Assembly: GCA_963748015.1 (NCBI GenBank)
Contig: CAVVHE010000004.1
Coordinates: forward strand, 1,120,001 to 1,184,000
From: Terriglobia bacterium
Lineage (GTDB): Bacteria; Acidobacteriota; Polarisedimenticolia; Polarisedimenticolales; JAIQFR01
Length of the DNA stretch: 64,000 nucleotides
Direction of reading: 5' to 3'
This document shows positions 40,731 to 49,174 of this stretch, piece by piece; within the stretch, counting starts at the first letter, position 1; each line of letters opens with the position of its first letter. The notes under the pieces are model-generated. The model saw only the letters and a program-made list of their open reading frames with translations. It did not search any database and was not told where the DNA came from. The translations under genes were made by a program, and so were the position numbers.

Positions 40731-41534
40731 CTACGGAGCGGTGTACAGGCCCTTGTCGTGGCAGGTCAGACAGAGCTTGCTGTTCTGGTCGCTCCGCCAC
40801 AGGAGCCGCTCGCCCGCGTTCCCCTTGTTGTGGACGGAGTGGCAGGTGCCGCACTCCATCCGAGCGTTCCCCGCGCCGTAGAGGTGGTCGCGGACGAACG
40901 TGGTCGGGGTCAGCATGGCGGCGTCGGCGCTGCGGATCTCGTTGTCGCCCGCCTGCGCGAGGTCGTAGTCGAAGCCGATCGGGTGGTGGTTGCCGAGGTA
41001 CTGGTCCTGGCCGATCACATACACGCTGCTGATGAACTTCCCGCCCGTGGAGACGGACTCGGGAAGCTGGGCGGCGTTGCCGTACTGGTTCGCGGCGATC
41101 GTGCCGTCATGGCAGCTCAGGCAGAGCAGCGAGGAGCTGCCGGGGGTCATCCCGTTCAGCATGGCCTGCGAGGCCTTGGGGCCGACCTGCGGGGCGCCCG
41201 GGCCGTTCTCGTACATCTGGTAGGCGGTGGACGCCTGGAGCTGGTGGTTCCACAGGGGCAGGTAATCGAAGTCCGACGGGGCCTGCGGGCCCGCGCCGCC
41301 CGTCGCCGTGCTGAGGCGATAGGTGTTGTGCGGGGCGTGGCAGAAGATGCAGATCCGGTTCAGGGTGTCGGCCGGAACCGCCGTGTAGTCCATCCCGTTG
41401 TGGACGGTGCTCAGATCGTGCACCGTCAGGTTGATCCCGTTGCCGGCAGGGTACGAACCCGAGTACGCCATCACGGACGACACGAGAAGCAACCCGCAGC
41501 CGGCGATCATCAGACTCTTCAGGACTCTGTTCAT
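40731..41534 (-). CDS. OmcE-like tetraheme cytochrome c (candidate nanowire subunit)
   Basis: Signal peptide; HDLS...ICIFCHAPHN...PLWN...SLLCLSCHDG...HHPIGF...ECGTCHSVH...SKLCLTCHDK, the motif order I recall for Geobacter sulfurreducens OmcE. Confidence 0.85.
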   Translation of the reverse strand: MNRVLKSLMIAGCGLLLVSSVMAYSGSYPAGNGINLTVHDLSTVHNGMDYTAVPADTLNRICIFCHAPHNTYRLSTATGGAGPQAPSDFDYLPLWNHQLQASTAYQMYENGPGAPQVGPKASQAMLNGMTPGSSSLLCLSCHDGTIAANQYGNAAQLPESVSTGGKFISSVYVIGQDQYLGNHHPIGFDYDLAQAGDNEIRSADAAMLTPTTFVRDHLYGAGNARMECGTCHSVHNKGNAGERLLWRSDQNSKLCLTCHDKGLYTAP

Positions 41535-41584
41535 GTTTCCTCCGACTATCTCTTCGTTTCGTTGTCCTACGGTCTATCGCGCCG

Positions 41585-41614
41585 GGGGCGGGCGGGCTCC
41601 ATCCCGCCCGCCCC
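41585..41614. other. Intergenic GC hairpin without a U-tract between the giant octaheme and the OmcE-like gene
   Basis: GGGGCGGGCGGG-ctccat-CCCGCCCGCCCC, a perfect 12-bp stem. Confidence 0.6.
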
Positions 41615-41623
41615 TGCCGCGGG

Positions 41624-44600
41624 TTACTCGGTCACGGTGGTCAAGCGGGTCCTCGGCGTCGTCTGGGTCGCGCCCAGCGCCGAGTTGGCCTTCACGTCCG
41701 CGGTGTTGACGCTCGGTCCGATCGTGTAGGGGCCGAGCACCGGGAACGTGTAGCCGGAACGCGTGAAGCTGACGGTGTAGGTCCCGGGCTTCAGCGAGCC
41801 GAGGTTGTAGGCGCCGTTCGTCCCGGTGGTCACCGACTTCACCGAAACGCCGCTCTTCTTGAGGGTCACGGCCACGCCGCCGAACGGCGTGGTGTTGTCG
41901 GCCTTCTTCACCGAACCGCTGATCGCGAAGTAGGCCGGGGTCGCCGTCGTGGCGCAGGTGAAGTCGTCCGAGACCGGCCGGCTGTCGGTCGCGCGGACCG
42001 TCACCGGGAACGCACCCGGGACGACGTAGGTGCGGTTGAACGTGGCGCCGGCCGCGCCGAAGGAGCGAACGCCGCCGTCGCCCCAATCCACCGAGATCCT
42101 CAACGGGGCGACGCCGCCCGTCGAGGCGTCCACCACCTGCATGGTCCAGGTGTTGGCGTTCCAGGTGCAGGAGGTCGCGCCGGCGGTCAGCGTGGCAATC
42201 ACGGGATCGACCGTGACGGACTGCGTGGACGACCCCACCGCGAGGAAGTTCGGCGGGGGCTGGTTGAGCATCACGGTGAGCGTGATGTTCCGGGTGCCGG
42301 CCGCGGCGTAGGTGTGCGTGGCGGTCACGACCGGATCGGTCGTGGTCGTGTCGGCCGACCCGTCGCCCCAAGACCAAACGTACTTGAAGCTGGGGCACCC
42401 GCCGGTGCCGCAGGACGTCGTGGCGGTTGCCGTCACGCCGAGCGTGTCCGGAACCTGGGAGGCCGAGAGGCCCACGGCGTAGCTGATGCCGGCCGATCCG
42501 TGCATGCCCTCTGCCGCAGCCGCGAGCACGGCCTTCGTGCGGTAGTTGCCGCCGTTCTTGACCGGGTTCTGGGCAACCGCCGCGCCCGTCACCCCGATGG
42601 GCGCCGCGCCCGCGAGGTTGATGGTGTTCCCGACCACCGAGATGATGTAGGTCGGGAAGTCGCCGCGAACCGGCTCGCCCAGCTCGTCGTACTCGTAGGT
42701 GCCGGCGCCAGCGACCAGGATCCGCTGGTTGGCCGCGAAGCCGGCCGGATTGACCACCGTGAGGGCCTTCGAGCCCGTGGCGATCGTGCCGGTCGTCTCG
42801 GCGTGGGACGTTCCGCCGCCGTGGCACTGGCCGCACGCGTCATCCACGTCGATCCACACGGCGTTCGTGTACGTGCCGTCGGGGGAGGTGTTGGCGTTGA
42901 CGGTCGTAGTCAGGGCCGCCGGGAGCGGGAGCGTCGAGTAGGAAGCACTCGCGTTGATTCTCCAGAGGTGCTTGCCGCCCGGCATGTGGCAGACGATGCA
43001 CGGCTCGGCGGGCTCTTCCGCCATCTTCTCGAGCGGCGTGCCGACGCCGCCGAGGTGATTGATCTTGGTCAGGTCGATGTTGTACGGGCCGGAGTGACAC
43101 TCGGTGCACTCCTCGCGGAACGGCTTCTCGCCGGTCACGACGCTGGTGTGGACCTCGTGGCAGCCCGTGCAGCCGTTACCGGTATTCGCCGCTTCCGCAT
43201 CGATCTGGAAGAAGCTCTTGTACTCGCCGGTCCCCGCGAAGTTGAACTTCCCGGTCGCGATCTGGTCGAACGTTCCCGTGAACTTCCCGTGCGGGCTGTT
43301 CAGGAACTGGTTTCCCGCCGTATGGCTGACGAAGGTGACGTCCCCGTGGGCCGGGCCGACCTTGAGCGCCGTAGCGGGGTTGGTCGAGTCGTAGGGCAGA
43401 CCGCCCGTCTCCTGCCGGTGGCAATCCATGCAGACCCGGGTGATGATCTGGCCCCGGTTCGCGTAGTTGCCGGTCCAGCGGCCGCCGGCATCCTCGCAGC
43501 GGATGACGTCGGTCGCGTACGAGTATTGCCCGCCGGCGGCCGTGCAGGCCGTCAGCCCTGCGATGCCGGTCCACGTCTTCCCGGCGGCCTCGCAGTTGAT
43601 CTGATCGGTGTAGAGCGCGTCGCTGCAGGTGCCCTTGTTGCACACGCCCTCGAGGCTGCAGGAGGTGAACGACCAGGCTCCGCCGGCGACCTGGCAGGAA
43701 GCCTGCGTGCCGTTCGCGCGGTAGGTGCCCGTGGAGCAGGTGGTTCCGCTCGGGGCCGTCCCCGACTTGCACCACCCAGCCTGCCAGGTGAAGGCGTTCG
43801 CGACGCAATCGGCCTGGTTGTTGTAGCGCGCGTTGCTGCAGAACGGGGCGGCCACCCAGGTGTTACCCACCGTCGCGATGCACGTCGCCTCGTCCGCGGC
43901 GGTCACCGAGCAGATCGCTGGCGTGCTGGCCAGGCTGCATGCGGTCAACCACGTTCCGCCGTTCGAGGTGCACACCGCCTCGCTGGTCCACCGCGCGTCG
44001 CTGCAGGCGCCGCTGCTGATGTCCGTGCCCGTCATGTTGTTGTGGTGCGTGGACATGCCGGCCGGCGCGCTGTACTGCAGAGGCGACCCGGTGCCCGTCG
44101 TCGTGTCGATCGCGGAGCTGTGGCACCGCGTGCAGGAGATCCCCCAGACGTCCCAGGAGGAGTACTTGTTGGAATCGCCGGCGATGCCGCCCGACAGGTT
44201 GACCACGTTCGCGGGGGCGTTCGAGAGCCGGTCCCACGTGATACCGGGGAAGGACTTCTCGGGCTCCTTCGCCGTCTGGATCGTGGCGTCGCTCGTCCAG
44301 CCGGTCGTGTGGCAACGGCCGCACGAGTACGAGATGCCCGCGTTGTTGACCAACGTCCCGCCATAGGTCGAGACGCAGTTGGCCGTGGTCCCCCGCGGGT
44401 CGCTGCAGACCTGCGACGTGCTCGCCGGGGCCTTGTAGATCGCTCTCGGAAGCGGGGCGAGCCAGTCGCCGTAGATCCACGTCACGTCGCGGGCGACGCT
44501 GTTGACCGTGATCTGGCCGCCGCCCCAGTAGAAGAGGTTGCCGCTGTCATCGGAGACATAGGCGTCGGCGGGATGGAACACACCGCCGTTCTGGATGCAG

Positions 44601-45289
44601 TCCTCTTCCGTCGTGTAGAGCGGGTTCGTGCAGACGAGCGGAGGACCGCCCCACGCCTTGGGGGCCGTCACCTTGCGGGCCATGTTCTTGTGGCCCATGT
44701 ACAGGGTGTCCTCGGTGTCCCGGACGCGGGGACCGTTGTACTGCGTCACCGTGTTGTGGCAACGCAGGCACTGGTCGCCGGCACCGTTGCTCGTGAGCAG
44801 GTTCGGGGTGTAGGCCGTGCGGGCCGGCATCACCCACGAGCCCGTGCACGTGCCGGTCGTGACCCAGTTGCCCCCGTGCTTCATGCAGTTCACGTTGTTC
44901 CGGTCGTCGTCCATCATCACGACGGCGCAGACGCCCGTGGCCGCATTCCACAGCCGGTCGCCCTTGGCTTCGCATACGCCCTGGCTCGCGTTGTTGACCA
45001 GGTCGTTGCACACGCCGCTCGTCGTCCACGACAGGTTCGCCGCGGACGTGCAGCTCGCCTGGACGACGTTCAGCCGGAGCGCCACGCACTCCGCCCGGGT
45101 GTCGATCCCGGTGTAGCCGTAGCCGGCTGCCGCCGGGCACGTGCCCTGTGCGGGGAGATCCCAGCCGTTCAGGGTGTTCTGCACGGCGCCGTCGTCCATG
45201 TACTGGATCGCGGCCCAGGTCGGGCCGGCCAGGGCGATCGCCGCAGCGAGAACGGTTGTCGTCAAAAGCAATCTCGTTTTTCGGCTCAT
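41624..45289 (-). CDS. Large secreted octaheme cytochrome c with Cys-rich repeats, two PKD domains and a carboxypeptidase-regulatory-like domain (1221 aa)
   Basis: Signal peptide MSRKTRLLL...TWA; 8 CxxCH; many C-x(8-10)-C-x3-GG-x-W-like repeats; WSWGDG and VDWGDG; ISGSV...GAY.LGSLKPGTYTVSF. Confidence 0.88.
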   Translation of the reverse strand: MSRKTRLLLTTTVLAAAIALAGPTWAAIQYMDDGAVQNTLNGWDLPAQGTCPAAAGYGYTGIDTRAECVALRLNVVQASCTSAANLSWTTSGVCNDLVNNASQGVCEAKGDRLWNAATGVCAVVMMDDDRNNVNCMKHGGNWVTTGTCTGSWVMPARTAYTPNLLTSNGAGDQCLRCHNTVTQYNGPRVRDTEDTLYMGHKNMARKVTAPKAWGGPPLVCTNPLYTTEEDCIQNGGVFHPADAYVSDDSGNLFYWGGGQITVNSVARDVTWIYGDWLAPLPRAIYKAPASTSQVCSDPRGTTANCVSTYGGTLVNNAGISYSCGRCHTTGWTSDATIQTAKEPEKSFPGITWDRLSNAPANVVNLSGGIAGDSNKYSSWDVWGISCTRCHSSAIDTTTGTGSPLQYSAPAGMSTHHNNMTGTDISSGACSDARWTSEAVCTSNGGTWLTACSLASTPAICSVTAADEATCIATVGNTWVAAPFCSNARYNNQADCVANAFTWQAGWCKSGTAPSGTTCSTGTYRANGTQASCQVAGGAWSFTSCSLEGVCNKGTCSDALYTDQINCEAAGKTWTGIAGLTACTAAGGQYSYATDVIRCEDAGGRWTGNYANRGQIITRVCMDCHRQETGGLPYDSTNPATALKVGPAHGDVTFVSHTAGNQFLNSPHGKFTGTFDQIATGKFNFAGTGEYKSFFQIDAEAANTGNGCTGCHEVHTSVVTGEKPFREECTECHSGPYNIDLTKINHLGGVGTPLEKMAEEPAEPCIVCHMPGGKHLWRINASASYSTLPLPAALTTTVNANTSPDGTYTNAVWIDVDDACGQCHGGGTSHAETTGTIATGSKALTVVNPAGFAANQRILVAGAGTYEYDELGEPVRGDFPTYIISVVGNTINLAGAAPIGVTGAAVAQNPVKNGGNYRTKAVLAAAAEGMHGSAGISYAVGLSASQVPDTLGVTATATTSCGTGGCPSFKYVWSWGDGSADTTTTDPVVTATHTYAAAGTRNITLTVMLNQPPPNFLAVGSSTQSVTVDPVIATLTAGATSCTWNANTWTMQVVDASTGGVAPLRISVDWGDGGVRSFGAAGATFNRTYVVPGAFPVTVRATDSRPVSDDFTCATTATPAYFAISGSVKKADNTTPFGGVAVTLKKSGVSVKSVTTGTNGAYNLGSLKPGTYTVSFTRSGYTFPVLGPYTIGPSVNTADVKANSALGATQTTPRTRLTTVTE

Positions 45290-45586
45290 CTTTTCCTCGT
45301 CCTCCTCCAGAGTAGTCCCAGCAGGGCCGTTCGACTGCAAGAGGCGTGCACAAGCCTTGGCGGAATGGGGAGCCCCGCCATGTCGCATCGAGCGCCAAGA
45401 AACGGCAGTTTGTCGGGGTTTTCCGGCTCGGGCGAGAGCACCGGCGGCATGTATGGAAATCCGCTGCGGTGATTCACTCAAGAGAGCTGCGGGATTTGAC
45501 GACTACTCGATCTGGCGTATTCGAATAGTTGATTCGTGGCCTGTGAAGGGGGGCTTGTTCCGGGCGATCGGCGCCGTGCGCTCGCG

Positions 45587-46018
45587 CTACAGGTCGAGCA
45601 CGACGCGCGCCGACCACCCCTCTCGATCTTCGGAAAGCAGCAGCTGGTGATAGGTCACCGCCTTGACCTCCCTCTCGATCTCGTGGCGCGAGGGATCGAA
45701 GGCCTCGCCGAGCGCGTGGGCGACGAGCTCTCCGGGTCTCAGCTCGATGACCTCCGCGCCGCGAAACAACCACCTCGCGGTGTCGTGCAGGTACAGCAGT
45801 TCCGATAGGTACCGCACCAGCAGATCCTCGGCGTCCACGGCTCTCTCGACGCGAATCGGGATCCGCTCTCTCGGCTCGACCGTCCGCACGTCGAGGATCA
45901 CGTCGAACAAAGCGCGCGTCGCGGCATCGTAGATGCCAGACAGGGTCGGAGCGCCGATCAGGATCGCGATGTCCCCGGTGTGGTCCAGCAGCCGGTACCA
46001 GGGCGCCTCGCCGCTCAC
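45587..46018 (-). CDS. Archease (RtcB activator)
   Basis: YRLLDHTGD, EDLLVRYLSELLY, GEAFDP, EVKAVTYH, C-terminal LDL. GTG start overlaps the rnr stop. Confidence 0.93.
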   Translation of the reverse strand: MSGEAPWYRLLDHTGDIAILIGAPTLSGIYDAATRALFDVILDVRTVEPRERIPIRVERAVDAEDLLVRYLSELLYLHDTARWLFRGAEVIELRPGELVAHALGEAFDPSRHEIEREVKAVTYHQLLLSEDREGWSARVVLDL

Positions 46019-48273
46019 CGGCGCCTCCCGCCCCCTTCCCGCCCGCCGCGCCGCGGAGGACGCCCCCCTCCCCTCTCTCGCGGACGCGCGCCGCCACGAG
46101 GGGGCTGCGCCGCCGGCTTGCGCGCGGCGGGGCGGCTGTCCGGGGCGAGGGAGAAATCGAGACGCCTCAGCACCAGGTCCACGCGATCCACGACGACGCG
46201 GAGCGGATCGCCGAGGCGGTGGGCCGCGCCGCTCCTCTCGCCGAGCAGCTCCATCCGGCGCTCCGCGAACTCGAACCGCTCGTCGCCGAGCCGCTCGACG
46301 TGCAGGAGCCCTTCCGCCAGGGTCTCGCGGAGCTGGACGAAGAGGCCGAACCTCGTGACCCCCGTCACGAGGCCGTCGAACGTCTCGCCTTCCTTCCCCT
46401 TCATGAAGGCGATCTTCTTCCACTCGAGCAGCTCGCGCTCCGCCGCCTCGGCCTCGCGCTCCAGCTTCGAGCAGCCGTCCGCGAGGACGTCGAGTCCGTC
46501 CGACAGGGACGCGAGGGCGTGCCCGTCCCGCCGCCTGAAGGCGCGAAGCAGCCGGTGCAGGACCAGGTCGGGATAGCGGCGGATCGGGGACGTGAAGTGC
46601 GCGTACACCGGCGCCGCGAGACCGAAGTGGCCGAGGTTCTCGGGGCTGTACCGCGCCTGCTTCATCGAGCGGAGGGCCACCTGGCTCACGAGCGCCTGCT
46701 CGGGACGCCCCTCCGCCGCCTCCACGAGCCGCTGGACGTCTTTCGGCCTCACCGACTCGGGGTCGGCCGACAGGACGAGGCCGAAGGTCGCGGCGAACTC
46801 CGCCAGCGCCTCCACCTTCGCCGGGTCGGGGGCCTCGTGGATCCGGTAGAGGCAGGGCGCCCCCTCGGCGTCGAGGTGTCCGGCCACGGCCTCGTTCGCC
46901 GCGAGCATGAACTCCTCGATCATGCGGTGGGCGCGGTTTCGCGGCTCGATCTTGATACCGGTCATCACGCCTTCGACGTCGAGGAGGATCCGCGGCTCGG
47001 GAAGATCGAAGTCGACGCTCCCCCGCGCGCGCCGGCGCCCCTCGAGGAGGTCTCGGAGCCGGTCGGCGGTGTGGAGCATCGCCGCGAGGCGCTTCGGGAC
47101 CCTCGCCGCGGGCTCCTGCCCGTCGAGAAGGGCCGCGACCTGCGTGTAGGTCAGGCGCGCGGCGGACCGGATGACGCCGTCGGCGAATCGGGTCTTCAAG
47201 ACCTCGCCGCGGGCGTCGAGGTCGAGGATCGCCGACTGGACGAGCCGGTCCTCGCCGGGACGGAGCGAGCACAGGTCGTTCGAGAGCTTCTCGGGAAACA
47301 TCGGGAAGACGCGGTCGGGAAAGTAGACGCTCGTGCCGCGCGCCCGCGCCTCGGCGTCGAGATCGTCGTTCGGCCGAGCGAAGAACGCCACGTCGGCGAT
47401 GTGGACGAAGAGCCGGAAGCCGCCGCCGGGGAGCTCCGAGATCGCGATGGCGTCGTCGAAGTCCCGCGCCGTCTCGCCGTCGATGGTCACCGGCGGCGGA
47501 TCCTCGAACCGCTCCCGCCGCGAGGCCTCCTCCCGCGGGACCGCGTCCGGCAGCCGGCGGGCGGCCTCGAGAATCTCCTCCGGGAACTCGGTTCGCAGAT
47601 CGTGCCGTCGCGCGACGACCATCGTGTCCACGCCGGGGTCGCCGAGCCGGCCGAACACCTCGACGACCTTCCCCTCGGACGGCTCGCCCGAAGCTCCGGG
47701 CCTCAGGACCAGGACCTCCACCGCGTCCCCGTCCTCGGCCCCCATGCGAAACGCCCCCGGGATCGAGATCTGCGAGGGCGCCGAAGGATCGAACGGCTGC
47801 ACCAGGCCGCCGCGATCTCTACCCCGGAAGAGTCCCTGCACGCGCCTCCCGCGGCGGTCCACGACCCCGCTCACCTCTCCCTCCGGCCGCCCCTCGCGGT
47901 CGGCGCCGAGGATCCGCACCTCCACCGCGTCGCCGTGGTGAGCGCCGCCGAGGCGCCGGGGCGGGATGAACACGTCGCGGCCCGGTCCCTCGATCCGGAC
48001 GAAGGCGAAACCGCGCGGGTGGACGTGGAGGCGGCCGCGGACGAGCCGCTCCTCGACCGCGGCGAGCTTCCGGCCATCCGCGCTCACGATGCGGCCCGAC
48101 GCCAGAAGGTCCCGAACCGCTTTCCGGTACGCCGCCTTCTCCTGCCTCGGAACGCGAAGCCGGTCGAGCAGCTCGTGGAGGGACACCGGCCGGTAGCCGG
48201 GCTCGCGAAGGTGCTCGACCACGGCCTTTTCGACGGCCTCGCGATCGCGGGCCGGCGGCCCTTCTTGGCGCAT
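46015..48273 (-). CDS. rnr: Ribonuclease R
   Basis: HPRGFAF, TIDGETARDFDDA, HIADV, RGTSVY, EEFMLAAN, HFTSPIRRYPDL, S1 domain. Confidence 0.97.
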   Translation of the reverse strand: MRQEGPPARDREAVEKAVVEHLREPGYRPVSLHELLDRLRVPRQEKAAYRKAVRDLLASGRIVSADGRKLAAVEERLVRGRLHVHPRGFAFVRIEGPGRDVFIPPRRLGGAHHGDAVEVRILGADREGRPEGEVSGVVDRRGRRVQGLFRGRDRGGLVQPFDPSAPSQISIPGAFRMGAEDGDAVEVLVLRPGASGEPSEGKVVEVFGRLGDPGVDTMVVARRHDLRTEFPEEILEAARRLPDAVPREEASRRERFEDPPPVTIDGETARDFDDAIAISELPGGGFRLFVHIADVAFFARPNDDLDAEARARGTSVYFPDRVFPMFPEKLSNDLCSLRPGEDRLVQSAILDLDARGEVLKTRFADGVIRSAARLTYTQVAALLDGQEPAARVPKRLAAMLHTADRLRDLLEGRRRARGSVDFDLPEPRILLDVEGVMTGIKIEPRNRAHRMIEEFMLAANEAVAGHLDAEGAPCLYRIHEAPDPAKVEALAEFAATFGLVLSADPESVRPKDVQRLVEAAEGRPEQALVSQVALRSMKQARYSPENLGHFGLAAPVYAHFTSPIRRYPDLVLHRLLRAFRRRDGHALASLSDGLDVLADGCSKLEREAEAAERELLEWKKIAFMKGKEGETFDGLVTGVTRFGLFVQLRETLAEGLLHVERLGDERFEFAERRMELLGERSGAAHRLGDPLRVVVDRVDLVLRRLDFSLAPDSRPAARKPAAQPPRGGARPRERGGGRPPRRGGREGGGRRR

Positions 48274-48332
48274 GTTGTGCCTTCTTTCGGTGAACCGTCT
48301 CGCGCGGCGGTCGCCCGACCCGGCCCGAGCGC

Positions 48333-48362
48333 TTGACATGTCCGGCCCGAGGTTGCTAGTTT
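48333..48362 (+). promoter_or_regulatory. Sigma70 promoter of tRNA-Leu
   Basis: TTGACA-18 bp-TAGTTT with a TG extended -10. Confidence 0.6.
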
Positions 48363-48377
48363 AGCGCCGCACGGTAC

Positions 48378-48464
48378 GCCGAAGTGGCGGAATTTGGTAG
48401 ACGCGCTAGATTCAGGATCTAGTGGGCCTAGCCCGTCCCGGTTCGAGTCCGGGCTTCGGCACCA
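48378..48464 (+). tRNA. tRNA-Leu(CAG)
   Basis: GCCGAAG/CTTCGGC acceptor stem, anticodon arm CTAGA-TTCAGGA-TCTAG, long variable arm, GTTCGAGTC T-loop, encoded CCA. Confidence 0.97.
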
Positions 48465-48533
48465 TCCGCACGATCCCGCCCCGAGCCCGGTTTCCGGGCC
48501 GAGCGAGCCGTACCGCCAACGGCCGGAGTTCGC

Positions 48534-48731
48534 CTAGGTCTTCAGCAGCGATTCCGACTTCCTGGCGGCCATCGCCGGGTCCCGGCGAGCGGTCGCTAGA
48601 TCGCGGCCCGTCCGGCGCGACTCGTCGAAGCGCTTGACGAAGCGGAACCACCGCTCCGCCTCGGCGCGTGACCGCTCGGCCCTCTTGAGCAGCGCATCCA
48701 GGTGCCATTCCGTCCGAAGGTGGTCGGGCAT
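48534..48731 (-). CDS. Small hypothetical protein (65 aa)
   Basis: ATG with a GGAGGGAG RBS; helical, charged sequence; no recognised family. Confidence 0.4.
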   Translation of the reverse strand: MPDHLRTEWHLDALLKRAERSRAEAERWFRFVKRFDESRRTGRDLATARRDPAMAARKSESLLKT

Positions 48732-48769
48732 CGCTCCCTCCTGTCCGAACGCTCCGGCTCCTCGCCGGG

Positions 48770-49174
48770 TCACTTCCGCTTCCGTCGGGTTCCGCCCCTC
48801 TTCCTCGGTGACGAGGCGGGGCGGCGCGGCTTGCTCCGCGCCGCCTTGAGCCGCGACGCCCGCGCCAGCAGCCGGTCCACCGCCGCGATTCGCGTTCCGA
48901 GCTTCCGGTCCATCTCGCCGAGGACCTCCCCCGCCCGATCCCGGAACGCCTTGGCCTGGGTAAGGAGCGTCTCGGCCTTCTCCTTCGCGCTCTTGACCTC
49001 GAGCGCCTCGAGCGCGCGGCTCCGCATCCAGGTCGCGACCGGCAGGTTGCGCGCCGCGGACCGGAACGCGCCCAGCTCCGCGGGGGACACCTTCACCCCC
49101 ACGAGAAGCGAGCGGCGTTCCTCTCGCGGCATGGGCTCGGGACCGCGCTTCCGTCTCCGGCGGATCTTCCTCAC
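48770..49174 (-). CDS. Hypothetical protein with a MobC/ribbon-helix-helix-like N-terminus
   Basis: RRSLLVGVKVSPAELGAFRSAA..LPVATWMRSRAL resembles RHH/MobC proteins. AT-rich upstream region with TTGACA-N18-TAACCT (49221-49192). Confidence 0.45.
   Translation of the reverse strand: MRKIRRRRKRGPEPMPREERRSLLVGVKVSPAELGAFRSAARNLPVATWMRSRALEALEVKSAKEKAETLLTQAKAFRDRAGEVLGEMDRKLGTRIAAVDRLLARASRLKAARSKPRRPASSPRKRGGTRRKRK

Noticed and set aside
41624..45289. Calling the octaheme OmcZ because it has eight hemes
   Set aside because: Motif spacing and context do not resemble OmcZ as I recall it, and no subtilase partner is adjacent.
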